From Mytilus edulis (lineage: Eukaryota): DNA of 64,000 bases. How positions within the stretch are numbered: position 1 is the first letter of the stretch; every line of letters starts with the position of its first letter. The DNA is taken from positions 6,262,001-6,326,000 of the forward strand of contig NC_092347.1 of assembly GCF_963676685.1 (NCBI RefSeq), given 5' to 3'. The position numbers and the translations under genes are program-made. This document shows, in pieces, positions 13,010 to 28,400 of the stretch. Below the pieces are notes generated by a model. The model did not search any database. It was not told the DNA's origin and saw only the letters and a list, made by a program, of their open reading frames with translations.

Positions 13010-13969
13010 ATGTCGATGAGCGATACGTCGAGGTTGATTAAAGAGAGCCAAAGAATATTTGACGCTTCCAATGATGTAAATCTGAACCCCGGCACATTGC
13101 TTAACATGATTTTTGAAATAGTTACGGGTATCGACTCTACAATGAGACGAATGGAAACAAGTATGGAGAAGCGCCTTGATGATTTGAAACAAGATTTCTT
13201 AACGGTGTCAGCTAGGGTTAGAACATTAAAAAACCAGGCGAGCGATGTCAACAAAAAGCTGTCAGACTGCGAGACTAGCTGCCAAGGTGTGAGCAATCTT
13301 TTCGATCAGGTATCTGGACAAGTAAAAACCAACAGACGTAATATAAACAATCATGATACGAGAATTAAGAAACTCGAAGACAACACCATCGTCCGACCGG
13401 GTGCTCCACCAGTCATCAATTCAAAGGAAATTGAGGCCTTAAAGGCAGCCATTCTTGACTTGCAATGCAGGTCAATGAAAAACAATCTTATCTTTACGGG
13501 ATTGCATAGAGTCCCGGGTGAAGATACGGAAGAGCTGTTGCGAGCTTTTCTATACGATGAGCTGAGGATCGACTACAATATCGAATTCGGTAATGTCCAT
13601 CGATTCAGAACAAAGGGGGAAAACAGAAGAGCACCAATAGTTGCAAGATTCCTATATCACCGTGATCTGGAATATGTTTCAGCAAATGCTACCAGACTAA
13701 AATGTAGACCATATGGAATACGGGAACAATTTCCTCATGAAATTGAACAAAAGCGGAAGGAACTGTATCCGGTGTTAAAACAGGCTAAACAGCAATATAG
13801 ACAAGCCTCTCTTGTGCGTGATAGGCTATACATAGACAATCAGCTCTACATTCCTGACACGGTATTAGAGGACAATAGAACGGAGCATACTGGCTCTTCA
13901 TCAGCAAACCATGACACGAGCCCAAAAGGGTCTTATTCTAGTGATACCCCTCCTAGCAAAAGACAGTGA
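13010..13969 (+). CDS. LINE ORF1p (coiled coil plus L1/Transposase_22-like RRM region)
   Basis: Heptad-rich N-terminus followed by DLQCRSMKNNLIFTGL, NVHRF, PIVARF, GIREQFP and RDRLYIDNQLY. Confidence 0.75.
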   Translation: MSMSDTSRLIKESQRIFDASNDVNLNPGTLLNMIFEIVTGIDSTMRRMETSMEKRLDDLKQDFLTVSARVRTLKNQASDVNKKLSDCETSCQGVSNLFDQVSGQVKTNRRNINNHDTRIKKLEDNTIVRPGAPPVINSKEIEALKAAILDLQCRSMKNNLIFTGLHRVPGEDTEELLRAFLYDELRIDYNIEFGNVHRFRTKGENRRAPIVARFLYHRDLEYVSANATRLKCRPYGIREQFPHEIEQKRKELYPVLKQAKQQYRQASLVRDRLYIDNQLYIPDTVLEDNRTEHTGSSSANHDTSPKGSYSSDTPPSKRQ

Positions 13970-14059
13970 CAGGGGCCGTCTCCTCGCCCACCGCACACAG
14001 ATAATTCACCAAATTCTGGCAGATAGGGGAATGGTGCAAGAGGACAACCTCAAAAGAAA

Positions 14060-17000
14060 TTGAAAAGTTATGAAACTGTGAATAAGAAATATACAATTAA
14101 CAATGATAGTTTAAATATTTGTTTCTTAAATGTTTGCGGACTTAAGAAAAGGCTATTGTCTCCTGATTTCATTGACATTTTGCTTGAACATGATATCTGT
14201 ATTTTTGTTGAAACGATATTAACTGATTTAGATAATTTAAACTTACCAGACGCTTATATTTATGTCACAAAAAATAGAAAAAATTTAAATAGTTGTTATT
14301 TATAGAAAGAGTTTAGAAAAAGAGTTGAATTTTTATAATACTGAGAGTCAATTTGTTTTATGGTTTCAAATTTCGAAATCAATTTTGTCACTTAATTAGA
14401 TGTAATTTTTGGTTGTGTTTATGTACCACCTGAAAATTCTAAGTATTCTACTATAGAAGCTTTTGAAGAAATGGAAAATGAATTGAATATCCTAACAAAC
14501 ACTGAAAATTGTTATGTTGCCCTAGTTGGCGATTTTAACTCAAAAACTGGTGAGTCAGTTGTTAGTATGTTTGGTTTAGAATATGATGCTGATATATTAG
14601 ATTATTTGTATGATTATGAAAATCTGACTCGAAACAAAATCACCTTACAAAGAGTGTCTCAGTGTACGTGTAGACCTAATCAGTATGGTCATAGACTGTT
14701 AGAGTTGTGCAGAAAAAATAATTTATATATTGCGAATTCAAGAGTTGGATCAGATAAAGATATTGGGGAGAAAACATGTAACGATTCAAGTGTTGTTGAT
14801 TATTTAATTATTTCATCAATGCTCTTCCCTTTGATTTTTTATTTTGAAATTGCTGACTTTATACCGTTATATTCTGATTGTCATTCTTTTATAAATTTTA
14901 GACTTCAGGCCAAATTTAGTAAATCAGATTCAATTGTTATCAACAATAGAAATGATAAAACATTTGTCAGGTGGAAAAGTGAACAGAAATCTGAATACGT
15001 TGATCGAATTCACAATGATCCCGAAGGTATTTTGACCACTGTTATGAATAAACTGGACGAATTGTCCGTAAATAATGATGCAACTCAAAATGATATAAAC
15101 AATATAGTTTTAGATATCAGCAAAAATTTTAAAGATGCGGCGGCAGAAACGTTTGGTAAAATAAATGAACATAAACATGTTTACAAACATGAAAATTCAA
15201 AACCTTGGTTTAATAGAAAATGCTCGATGAGTAGAATTTTTTTTCATAAAGCTCGAAAGAGATATAGTATTTTGAAAAATGCTGAAAACAGAAGTAAAAT
15301 GAGACAAGCTAGTAAAGAACATAAAATAACATTAAATAAAGCTTTTGCAAACTATCAACAGAGGGCTGCTGATGAGTTGCGGAACATTTCTAAAAAGGAT
15401 ACAAAAGCTCTAAGGAAAATCCTCAATAATCTTAATGATAGTAAAAAAAAAGATAACAATGACGATATATCTCTAAAAGCATTGTATGATCATTTTAAAA
15501 TACTAAATGAAACTGTTGAAACAGAAAATGATTTCGAACAAGATTTGGAGTTTGATACTCTATCAGACGATGTTGAGTTATTTTTAAACAGTCCAGTAAT
15601 AGAAGATGAAATTAAAAAAGTTGTTTCAAATTTTAAAAATGGCAAAGCTTCAGGTAGTGATATAATTTTAAATGAGTATATGAAATACAATTGACGATTT
15701 AATGCCAATTTACATTAAGCTATTCAATTTGATTTTAGATACTGGAATTGTCCCAGACAGTTGGTCTAATAGAATCATGATTACAATATTTAAAAATAAA
15801 GGATCAAGATTTGATCACGAAATGTAGAGGAATCACTTTGAATTCATGCTTTAGTACAACTTTTTCTGCTATGTTGAATTACAGGTTAAATAATTATGCA
15901 GATTACGTAGACCTGATTTCAAAGTCCCAAGCAGGTTTTCGTAGAGGATTCTCTACTGTTGATAATATATTTGTATTGTATTCTTTAATTACTGTATATT
16001 TTTCATTTGGTAAGAAGCTATTTTGCACTTTTCTAGACTTTAAAAGCGCTTTTGACACTGTATGGAGGTCAGGATTGTGGCAAAAAATGCAAAAATCAAA
16101 CATTAAAGGTAAACTATTTAATGTTATCTATAATATGTATCAAAATATAAAAACATGTGTCAAGAAAGGAAATGAATTTTCTGAATTTTTTATATCTCAT
16201 ACAGGAGTAAAACAAGGTGAAAATCTATCACCTTTTTTATTTTCTTTGTTTCTAAATGATTTAGAAAGTTACTTTGTGGAAAATAATATAGAAAGTCTAG
16301 ATAATATTTCAAAGCTGTGCTTGGAATCATTAGAAATATATGTTAAATTGTTTATTATACTGTACGCAGATGATACTGCGCTATTGTCTGAAAGTGCAGA
16401 AGGATTACAAAAAACCCTTGTATGTTTTGAAGAATATTGTAAAAAATGGAAACTTAAGATTAACACAAGCAAAACCAAAGCAGTGATTTTTAGTAAAAGG
16501 AAAGTAAAAAGAAATCAGAATTTTATGATATATGGAGAAAAAATTGAAATAGTTGATTTCTACTGCTACCTTGGTGTACTTTTCAATTACAACGGTAGCT
16601 TTTGTACTGCACGAAAAAACTTCTTGATCAGGCACAGAAGTCTTTGTATGCTCTATACCGAAAAATAAAAAATATATGTATTCCCGTCGATTTGCAGCTA
16701 AAACTTTTTGACTCATTGGTTAGTCCTGTTTTATTATATGCTTCAGAGGTATGGGGATTTGAAAATAAAGAAAGCATTGAGAAAATACACCTTCAATTTT
16801 GCAAAAAAACATTTTGAAATTAAGAAGCAGTACACCAAATTATATGGTGTATGGGGAACTCGGAAGGTTCCCTTTGGAAACCATTGTTAAACGTAAAATG
16901 GTGTTGTTTTGGAATAACTTATTATCAGAAAATAACAAGTTATCTTCCATTATGCACAAATTAATGCTTAAATTACATTTTCAAAACCCCACAAAATTTA

Positions 17001-17538
17001 AATGAATTATGTACGTTAAATCCATCTTTGACGAAAATGGAATTAGTTTTATTTGGCAAAATCAACTTCCATTGGATAAACTGGGTTTAAAGAACATTAT
17101 TTCACAAAAACTGAATGACCAATTCATCCAACATTGGTTTTCACAAATGAATAACTCTTCAAGAGGTGCATTTTATTCATTTTATAAAGAGGAATTTCGT
17201 TTGGAAACCTATTTGATAAAGTAGAAGCTGTGTGACAGGATTTATATGGCAAAACTCAGATGTTCAAATTTAAAAATTCCTGTAGAAACGGGAAGATGGT
17301 CCGGCATTCCAAAAAATGCACGAATTTGTCATCTCTGTGGAAATGGAATAGGAGATGAATTTCATTATCTTTTTAAATGTCAAAAACAGGAAATAAAACT
17401 GCTTAGAAATAAATATATACCACAATATTATATTGCAAATCAACGGAGTACAAATTGAAACAGCTTTTACCATTTTGTCATGTAGAACTTTACAAAAACT
17501 TCGCAATATTTAAAAAAATTCTTACACGATACTTGTGA
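14060..17538 (+). pseudogene. LINE ORF2 (endonuclease-reverse transcriptase), disrupted by several stops and frameshifts
   Basis: ORF fragments 14060-14305, 14471-15694, 15811-16668, 16602-16817, 16799-17005, 17009-17224 and 17246-17458 tile a single ORF2. Confidence 0.88.
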
Positions 17539-19477
17539 TTTTTTGAGTTGAATGTTATGGTAGTTTGTAAATTGACATTTTGCTATATTTTACCATGCAT
17601 GCATGCATTATTCTGTTTAGTGTAAATGTATTGAGTATAAACATGTGTATACGTGTATATATGATGTCCTCTTGTACACCTATGTGTCTGAGGTTTATTA
17701 ATAAAGTATTGTCTATTGTAATACCAAGGATTTCTACCCCCTACTTTAGATTATCTAAGCTGTAATTGGAAAACCCTTTCCCAATTTTGGGTCCTCAATG
17801 CTCTTGAACTTAGTACCTTAGTTTGCCTTCAGTACTTGTTTTATTTTAGCATCACTGATTATTCTATTGTAGACAAAACAGATGCATGGTGTGCAAATTT
17901 TTAATCTAGGTATCTATGATGAGTACACTAAACCCCTCCCCCCAATAATCTTATCAAGCTGAAATTTCTCTATTTAATCAATTGATCTCCTTTCTATTGA
18001 GTTTTTTGTGTTATAATCGTTACAATTTCTCTTCAAACTTATTGGAGAGCCATAGAAATAATTAGAAAATTAAAGATTTGGTCGATAAAATTTATGTTCG
18101 TTTTTTGAGATAAGGTATACTTTCATATACTTGGTCCAATTGACATCACATGACACATATTTTCAACAAGGATTTCTAAACCATCAGTTAACACATACTA
18201 CTAACTTCTTCTTTCTGTAGTTTTAAGAATAATAAGATCTATAAACACAACAATGAATAACAACTAAAGAAAGTACATTCCTGTAGCAAACTTTAATGGT
18301 TTAGTCATAATTTATAAAAACATATTCAATTACAATGAAAACCCTCAAAAGGATAACCATATAAAAAATGTAATGAATGGATTAAAGCTTTCAAAATTTT
18401 AAATATTATGCGAATGTATGATCAACTACTGATATTTTTATGAATTAAATGGTCCTAAAATATGTATTTGGCACATATTGCTAAAAAAATGTACATAACA
18501 AACCCATTTTTTCTCCTTTTGATTGCATAGGGATATGTCTTGCATTCTATAATTGAGCAATAATCTAGACCATTAATGTATCTATAATCAAATATATTGT
18601 GATTTTAAATAGGCTAACATTTAGACAAAAAATTAAAATACGATATTTTTTATTGTATTGGTCAAAATAAGATAAAACACCTTCAAAATGTATAATTGAC
18701 TTGTTGCAAGTTGAAAACATATTCATGTAACACTAAATTGACATTTAGCAGAAGATGGGTTACACATGCTCTATGTGTGTTCAGTGATCAAAACATAAAG
18801 GATGTCAACATTTCAAAAAGAAACAAGGGATCCACCATAAAACACTGACATTTATTTGACCAATTGATCACACAAATCATTCATATCCATGTAAAACAAT
18901 GATTTACTTTTTTGAAATCCATGACATGAAATCAAACAGACCTGGACAAATCATAGTTACACAACTTCAAGTAATAAACTATCCATATATTTTGACACAT
19001 ATTTTTTTTCTTTCATTCAACATTTTCAAAAAATAATATTGCTTTTTTCCTTTCATTTCAAATTCCTTGTTGTCATATGCTAAATGAAATTTGGAAATTG
19101 TAAATGTTAACTATTTTTGTTTTGTTTTTTAAATAAAACTTAAAAAGAAAATACAAAATACAAAACATCATTTATCACCTGCATTTATTTTGAAAAGGAG
19201 AAATGTATCAGTCACTAATATTTTTTTTGACGTCACTGCTTCCTAATAAAAAAATAATGTCAACTAATTCAAAATAAAACAAATGAACTCTTACTTCATA
19301 AGTATAGACCAGTCCCATGCTAAAAATTACTACAACTAAAGAAAACAACTAACTATAATATAAAAAGAATTCAAAGTCAAAACACTTGTTATGCTAAGAT
19401 AACAAAATAATCTGGAAAAAATTACACTATAAAACCTGATAAAAAAAACTACAATATATGATATAAGTCATTTGTGT

Positions 19478-22400
19478 TCACCGTTTTCTATTTCTAAGAT
19501 TGTATGAATCCCTTGAAGAGTTATCTTCCTTGACTGGTTCATCTGTAATTTTCTCTGTTCTCTTAGGTCCTGATATACACCTGTAGGCAAACAGTTGTGG
19601 TACAATAAGTAAAGCAATGTTGATAATCCAGAAACAATACTGGGCTGCTGGTGTAGATGGAATACGATAATTGGCTGCTGTCCTGCTGTGTTGGGCTGTT
19701 GTCAGGTACACAAATTGGGCCTACAAAAAAAACAAAAGTTTTTCTTTTTAATTTTTATCATAAACTTATTATAGATACCTGGATTTAAAATTTGACAGCT
19801 GCCATTTTGTCTACATAAAGAATCATCAGTGATTATTTAATTTTAATATCAGCTAGTTTTGTCAGTATTCCTTAAAAAATATCAAAGATTTAGAACAAAT
19901 AATAGTTCCAATGTTACATGTGTAAACTATACAGAATATTTCCTAAAACACAGTAAGAAATACTCACTACTGTATATAAAATTTGGTATGATTGCCAATG
20001 AGACAACTCTCCGCAAGAGACCAAATGACACAAAAATCAACAACTATAGGTCACAGTACGGCCTTCTATAATGAGCAAGGCCCATACCACATAGTCAGCT
20101 ATTTATAAGCCCAGAAATGACAATGATACATTTTTATGATTATTTATATTTCTTTTTTAACGCTGTATCAATGGCATGATATGCACTTCATAATTCTTCA
20201 TCATAAAAATACATCAATGTGTATCATATCAATAACTTGTCTCACTTCAAATTAAATGCAAAATGTTTCGACAATTGTTTTAAGGTGCAGGAAAATATGG
20301 AATACAAATTTCAAGTATTCAAATAAATAAAATAAACATTTTTTTCTCTCTACATAATTTATGTAAATTTTATTCATTTATTGTGACTGTATTGCACAAT
20401 ATCAATAAACATTCAATCATCAAAATAATGTTTAATTATTCATCAAATCTGTTGTATTGTTAATGATTACCTTTTTGTTTCATTTTTTTCTGATAAAATA
20501 TGGCTTGCAGGCAGGTAAGGGCTGTTCTCAAAAATACCATGTCCCCCAGGGAAAGCAATTTTTAAAAACTTTTATGTGGGTGGTTGTATTTGAAATGCCA
20601 AACACAAAGGGAGTGTTGTTCTAATCTATTTTTATTTCTGTGGGTGGAAGGAGTTTAAAAAAAGGGCTGTCCCTTGGGGGAAATAGTATTTTCTGGAACA
20701 CGCCTTAGAATGTGTTGCCTTATCGTAATATAAATACTAGACATTAAGAAATTAATGTAATGTTTTTATATAAATGTGAAAAATGCAACAGCATCTGATT
20801 TGCAAAAATAAAAACACAATGTATGATGTTAATACATGCTTGTTTTAAGTTTTATAAGTATTGAAAAATCATGTGCATTAATTTTTATGTATCATTGCAA
20901 ATCCTTCCATATCTGGCCAAGTGAAAAATGTAAACTCAATAGGAAGGAGCCAACCAATTATTACAATCAAAAAAAGGAAATAAGCAATAGGATTTTAATC
21001 CATGTCCTGTTTGTCATAAAGGATGTTGAATCTATTTTGATCCAGAACTGCTTCAATTGATATTTGTAAAGTGAATATTAGCAATGAACTTTCATTCATG
21101 AAAGTGAAACTTTGATAAGAAGGTCATATTTAGTTAAAATGGAAATACCAATCATACAACAGTTTTCTTTTTCTCAGAAACAAACTTAAACATACTAAAA
21201 TAATTACATTAGATGTATGTTTCATTACAATATGTTATTCTGATTGGCTAACTGCACATCATGTGTTATTCCGTAAGCAGTTGTTTCACTCAATAAAACT
21301 TCTCATTCATGATGACACGAGGTCCCACAATAAAGTGCACAGGTAAATGAAATAAAAACTTGATAAAAGGCGTGTTTTCATAATCCTATAGGTAAAAATG
21401 TAATTATAAGTATTGAATGCTTTTTTTTGTAACTTTATAGGGTTGTAAAAGCGTTGACCGTGCGCACATTTTAAGTATGAAGCGCTTCCGCGCTTCATAC
21501 AAAATGTACTTCGGTCAACGCTTTTACACCCCAATAAATTTACAAAAAAGAGCATTCAATTCTTAAATATATAATTTATATAAATCCAATAGGGACCCAT
21601 TGTGGACATGATAAAAATGTCTTGTCTCACCTGTGCAGCAGCCCCAGCATGAAATACAGCCAAATCTTTCATCAAACCATTAGTTGGTCCAGGATACAAT
21701 AATCTATAGATGGCATACACATAATAAGGCAAGAAGTAAAACAGGTATACCAACATCTGAAATAAAATACCAAACTTCTTTTCATCACTCATAATTAATT
21801 TATGGCATTTTCAATCTTAACACTTAAATAGGTCCTCCAATATATAATTGGGTGACTTAATTCAAACCATGATATTAAAGTTAATGCTAAATGAATGCTT
21901 TCAATCATTTAGGAGAGGATTATTCTGCAATTTTACCTGAATTAAGTTTTTTATCCTCAACGGATTATAGTTCTTAGCACGCCTTATCCTTGCGTGTAAG
22001 AATATAGTCCGTTGCCGGTCAAGGTTAAATGTTATTATTAAAGTTATCGAGAATGTAAACATAGAATTATATTGAAGGAATGGACAATTTCATCCGACTT
22101 TACAGCGATTTAGGAATATAAAGCAGGTAAAATGCAGTTACTAATGAAATGTAGTATTAATAACAACTGAAAAACAAATGATGTTTCCCGAATGCCACAT
22201 GTTGGCGGAATTTCATAATACAAAATAGGAAACTGTCAATTTTGCCGTGAACAATATTTTCGGCTAAACAAAACTATAAAAATATTATTAAACGTTCATA
22301 ACACCTGTCATAACATTTATGGTATTATAGTTACTTACAAGGGTGAAGAATCATTTTAGTAGATCTGAAATGTGAGCTGTCAAGTTTTAAATTAAAAAGA

Positions 22401-25400
22401 ATGTCAATTCATACTGATTGATTGATTGTTGGTATTTTAATGCCACTTTTGGACTATTTCATAGTGGTCAAGTTTTTATTTGGTGGTGGAAGCCAGAGTG
22501 CCCAGAGGAAACCACTGACCTTCGATAGGATATCTGACAATGCCAATTCATACTAAAAACATTTAAGTTTAGGTAAAGAAACTTGATTTTTAGTTCAATT
22601 TTTAACAATTGTATTACCTGCATCTTTGGAAAAGATGTATCTTCAGCTAAGAAGGGTTCAAAGTCTTTGAGGTAGTTCTTTGCCATATCATGTTTACAGT
22701 CTAAGGTTACCTGCAGATAAAACAGAAAGAATTTAAATAATTCTATTTTTTAAGTAGTTAAATATTATAGATTCATTTAATTTTATGTGTTTCTCTCAAA
22801 CCCAAACAAATTGTAAGAAATTCATATCTTTTCCATATTGATATTATACATATGAGGAGATTTAAAGTAAGCAGACAGGAATATCATTTTGTTGTCACTA
22901 TTATGCATCCCATTAGGCTATAAACCAAAATAATAAAAACATAATGATTTCTTTTAAATTTCTCACTACAATTACTTACAGCAGCTCTGAATGCATTAAC
23001 CACAATGCAAGTGGCAAAGAAAAGAATAAACAACATTTCTACTGGTCCTTTTTTCACTCTGGTCCCTATGGATGTCAATACATTTCTCCTGCTCGCCTAA
23101 AAAATAATTGTAGTTTATTTCAACACTTTGCATATTATACATTTGTATGCCTTTTTTCAAAACTTGTGCTAAATAATAGTAGCAAACGTTTATGTGTGAA
23201 ATGATGATATTCACTTCCCCTAGAAAAATGTCACAGGGTACATGTTGACAAAAACCATTTTCGAAATTAAAATGTGAACAAATCTTTATTTTCAAAATAA
23301 AATAACATTTTTCCAATGTCCAACAACAATGAACATATTTCATCTGTCCAAGGGCAATAATTCAAATATATATTTATCTGCAATTCATAAATTTTTCGTT
23401 TGGTCTTACTGGCAAATATTTTAAATATCATTGATAGGACCTTTTACTCAAAAATATTAGTCAATTACCAGTGCAACACAAGGCATTTTCATGTCCACCA
23501 GCATTAATTTATTAATTAAATGCATGCTACTTCATTCATACAACCAAACAATTGCCATGTTTTTCTTGTAAAAGTAGTTGCAAAACTCCAGTAAAAGTAG
23601 TTGAAAATATCTGCAAAACTGATTATAAAACATTGACTTAGACATAAAATTGCTAACATACACCTTTGATTAAAATTTGTTAAAATCTGACAAGAAATAT
23701 AGATTTAGAATTGCTTCCATTGCCATTTTCCATAGAATGTTTTTATTTACACAGTAAACTTACCGAATGAGAACTCAATACTTTGAATAGGATGTATAAT
23801 GGTATAACTACATAAGGCACATTCAGGAGAATAGACCATTTTGGACCATATTTCCCTGCAAGAATAAAAAAAAAAAATCAGTATTTAATTAAGAATCTTG
23901 TGAGATTCCAACAAGTTCTACACACAATGACACAAATGTGTTTTCAAATCAAGCATAATGAGACAATGACAAAAAATACCAGACAACTAGAGGTCAACGT
24001 TCAGTCTTCAGTTGTCTTACACAACAAAGAAACTGTTTCAATTTCACTTTATAGATGTTGATAGTAAACCTTTAGAACTTAAACTGTTAAACTGTGTTTA
24101 ATCAACACTGTAGAAAAGTACCATCATAATAATTGTTTGTGAAATGTTTTGTACTAGTAGAAACAGCAATGATTTCATTCAAAGCAATTATATCATAACT
24201 GAAAGTATTAAATACAGACTTTGTACAAAGTGAACAGTTTAAACATGACACTAAATACAATGCTTGAAACCTGAACTTAATGAACATAAGACATAAATAA
24301 TAACATATACAGTAACCATTCAGTGGTTGTCATTTGATGCCGAATTTCGTAGTTGTTTTTTGCTTATTGTTCGGTACATAATTAATAACACCATTTGTTT
24401 TCTGATTTGAATTGTTTTAAATTTGCAATTTTAGGACTATTTATAGCTAGCTAACTATTTACTCATTCTTTAAATTCAAAATTCCCAATTACTCTATTTA
24501 ACATGTTTAAGTCCCCAACCTTTAATATTCATAAGTTAACCTTCATTTAATGTATCCCTAATATTTCAAAACATTTTTAAGAAAAACACCAGGAAAACAT
24601 TATTTTCAATTTAAATCTAAATAATTTCAAAATACCTATGGCTCCTCCAGGTACCAGTACAGCTACACTGTTTATGATAGAACCACACCAGTACAAACAT
24701 GCAAGTCTGTATTCTTCACTGAAATTAAAATCAATAGTAGAGTAAAATCATTCTATACATTTGGTACAAAAATAAATAGAATACCTGTAATATCAATGTC
24801 ATTGCATGCAATGTAGAATTCATTTGTCATCTTTCATGTCTTTGATCATTGTTGATGAAGATGAAGACAGCAATGTAACAATATAGGTAATCTATCAAAT
24901 TATAGTTGCTTCATTCTAATAGATATAAGAAGGTGTGGTATGTGACCTCAGATAAGGTGAGCGCACACCTCGTCATATTGCATGTATTATAGACATTTAA
25001 ACTGTAGGGTCGCCAAAGGATCTAAATACCTTTATCAAATAATATGAATTACTAGCAGAGGACTAAACAGGTACCTTGTGTGTTGATTTAAATGTTGAAT
25101 GCATAATGTGGATTCATTATTATTGGTTGGATACCAATTTTCGTGGGTTTTGTGGGAACAGGTGAACCACAAATTCAAATGTTCCAACGAATTTCAAATT
25201 TTCTAAAAGTCTTTGTATGCAGAGATTTGCAAAACCACGAAATCAAATATCCACGAAAATGCAAGTTGTCCACAATCCACGAAAATTGGTACCCACGTAA
25301 AATAAATGAATCCACAGTAAATACTTTTTTTCTTCATGGCACCTGCATGTACTTTACTCGATGACTTTATTAAAGGTACATGATTCAGTATTATTACCAA

Positions 25401-28400
25401 CATAAGTATTGCAGTTGCCCACGCTGTTATGAAAATGATTCTATTTGATAAAATACTAAAAAACAAATCTACATTATGATCAGTAAAATATGAATGATAT
25501 CATTAGTTAGGAAATGTATAAATAGTTGTGTTGCAGTGTTTTATTCAAGCAATTTTACTACCAAGACATTTCAACATGTTCAACAATAGTTTGTTAAAGG
25601 GTTTATTTTCATTCACTGTAAATTCAGGAATTATTGAAATGTTTTTATTATTGAAAAAAAGCGACAGGGTTATTCATCGTACATTGTAATCGTAATAATT
25701 TTAACTTGCATTTTGAAAATTTTTGTATGATTTAAATGGATTTTTCTCAATATTGCAAAAATTAAAATCAGTCTAAAATGACAAAATCGCAATAATAAAT
25801 GCACACAAGAATTTCTAAATTTACAGTACCATGCTTGAAAGTTTTATTCCATTTTTTTTCATGCTGTAACATTAGTACACATGTAATCAGCTTTTTTTCA
25901 TGCACACAGTCATAATCCCAAATCTTTTAAACAATTCCTGTGCATCTTAAAATCATTTTGAATTTCATGTTTTTCATGTTTTTCATGCATATCTATGCCT
26001 TTTCCATGTGTAACATTTTTTATCACACAACTATATTTACAACATGCAAAATGTCTGCTTATGAAGAAGTTTAATTCATCATCCACAAAACTGTATTTTT
26101 CCTATCAGAATACCAGTACAATGTATTTGGTCATAAACAAATCCTGTTCTAGTTTATCAACATGTATTCAGAATTTAAAGATCTAACATGATGAAAGAGT
26201 CCAAAACAGAAAAATAAAATGGACATAGAAGTCTCCAGTCACAACTGTTTAGGAATGAAAGGGACTTTATTGCTGAAAAACTTTTAACAAGAATTCAAAG
26301 TTTTTGCAACCAATGGACTTCCAAATACAAAATGAAATACAATGAAATAGGCAGATACCCTTCAAAATAAACTAAGGAAAGAGTTTCCAAAAGCCCAGTT
26401 TAATCTGTATTGAGGTAAAATGCGGTTCAACAGAAATATCAATTATCAGTCAGAGCTCAGACATAAACAAGTCGATTTTTGTTTTTGACTTAAAGAAGTC
26501 AAAACATGTATTTATCATAAAAATGTGTTTTCAATTTTAGACTTATCTAGGTCATAAAATGACAGACTTGTATAGGTCCATTTATGTTGATGAAAAAACT
26601 TAATTTCACTTGGTGGCCAAACTACACAACCTATGACAGCAAAAACCTGTCTGAGAGTTCACAAGGACTTGAGCTATCTATATGTAATTGTCTAATTGAA
26701 CATCCTTACTAAACACAGATGTTTTTCCTCATTAAGTGTAGTTCCAGGTGGTTGCATTGTAAGGTTAATTAACATTATCTCCGATTTTTCAGACTCTCAT
26801 TCATATTTTTCTTTACAAGACAAAGCATTGTCTTTCAATGTTGTCATTATTTGATTTAGATGCATGACCTCCTTATAAATATGCGTGGGTCTTGAAGTTA
26901 ATCAATTTTGATCACTTATCGACTTGTAGGAGTCGATATTTGCAACTTTTTGATTCTGGTCAATTATTTCTTGCTTAACAATATTTGACTTATTAAAGTC
27001 GTATTTTGTCTTGCATTAAAGGGGGACAAATCCTAAATCTTACAAATTTAGACCTCTATGAGTCAAAAGCAGATTCAGACTTATTTATGTCTGAGCTCTG
27101 ACTGATTATAACATGTATAAAGGATTCGTAGCTTTTTATGAAAAAATTTCAGAACTGAAATAATTCCTCTCATAAAACATTTGTGTAAAAGGTACATCTG
27201 GTTTTGTATGTTGTACACTTTAATATACATGTATATACTTACTTATATCTACTTCTTGACATGATAAACATGTACAATGCAAAATGTACTGAACCATCCC
27301 AATAACAAATGGAGGTCCCATGTGGGGTTTTCAGGTAAGGTTCCCCTTGCAAGAGGTAGAAATGTAGATATCTACCGAGATAGCCATCATTCTCAAGGGC
27401 AATAACTACATCAACCATGGAGGAAAACAAAAGAATGCTCCATGCTACAAAAAATATTGAGTTTGGATTTAATATGTTCAAGCTCATATATAATTCTACT
27501 CAAGACAAAGAAATTTTCTTTTTATGCACAATACATGTACATGTATGTAAAAAACTAAACATGCTGTGAGGGTACAGACCATATACAGACAAAGATCAGG
27601 CATGAAGATCACCCATGAAGATCACACATGAAGAAAAGATCATGCATGAAGATCACCCATGAAGATCACACATAAAGAAAAGATCATGCATGAAGATCAC
27701 CCATCATGCCCATGAAGAGGCATTTTTCTTTTAACCAAATCTGCTCCTAGAACAACCAGAAGTAAAAATGTACATGCAATTTTCATATAAAACTGTTAAC
27801 CCAATTTTCATGCATAATTTAACTTTTCAGCATGTAAACATAGAAACAACTGATGTTAATTCCAATGTAGATGCACAGATTTCAAAATGTGAAGGTTTAT
27901 GCTTCTTTTGAGTTGGACATGTTGGATATACAACTTCAAAACTGGAATGCAGTTGCATAAGTCATATGTACCTATAGTTCACATTTTATCAAATTGTAAT
28001 TAAAAACATTTGATAGACAACTTTTAGGCAAAGTTATTGTGTAGACGTACTTAACAATGGAAAAGAGGAGTTTATTGTAAGTGACCATGGTAACTAGAGA
28101 ACCCCAATCTCAACTATAAGAAATAATTTCCAAATCAACAATAGCCAGTAGAAAAAAATATTTGATGATCTCATTCTGAAATACATGACCATGATGAGTA
28201 GTTAAAGAAGAGATACAGAACTAAATGTTACAAGCAGATACAGTCTGTGATATTGATAAGTACAACCACATCAAAGGTTAGGTAATATGAAATTCACAAT
28301 ACATGCAAACACAACATATACAGGATATATATGGAGTACAGTGAGGCCTCTCTTGAATGAAATTCTATTTTACATTGTTAATGTTATTGCATATTGGTCT

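Larger units (their letters stand above)
12660..17719 (+). mobile_element. Near full-length CR1/L2-group LINE retrotransposon, decayed
   Basis: ORF1, then fragmented ORF2 with APE (LNVCGL, VGDFN, VVDY, YSDCH), RT (LDFKSAFD, GVKQG, YADD) and C-terminal CHLC...DEFH motif. aataaa and short tail near 17700-17719. It splits an older repeat whose parts flank it (12570-12658, 17720-17925). Confidence 0.9.

Noticed and set aside
13010-13969. Domesticated LINE ORF1 gene (L1TD1-like)
   Set aside because: It sits in a complete LINE. An open ~1-kb ORF beside a moderately decayed ORF2 is compatible with chance, and its stop may itself be premature.
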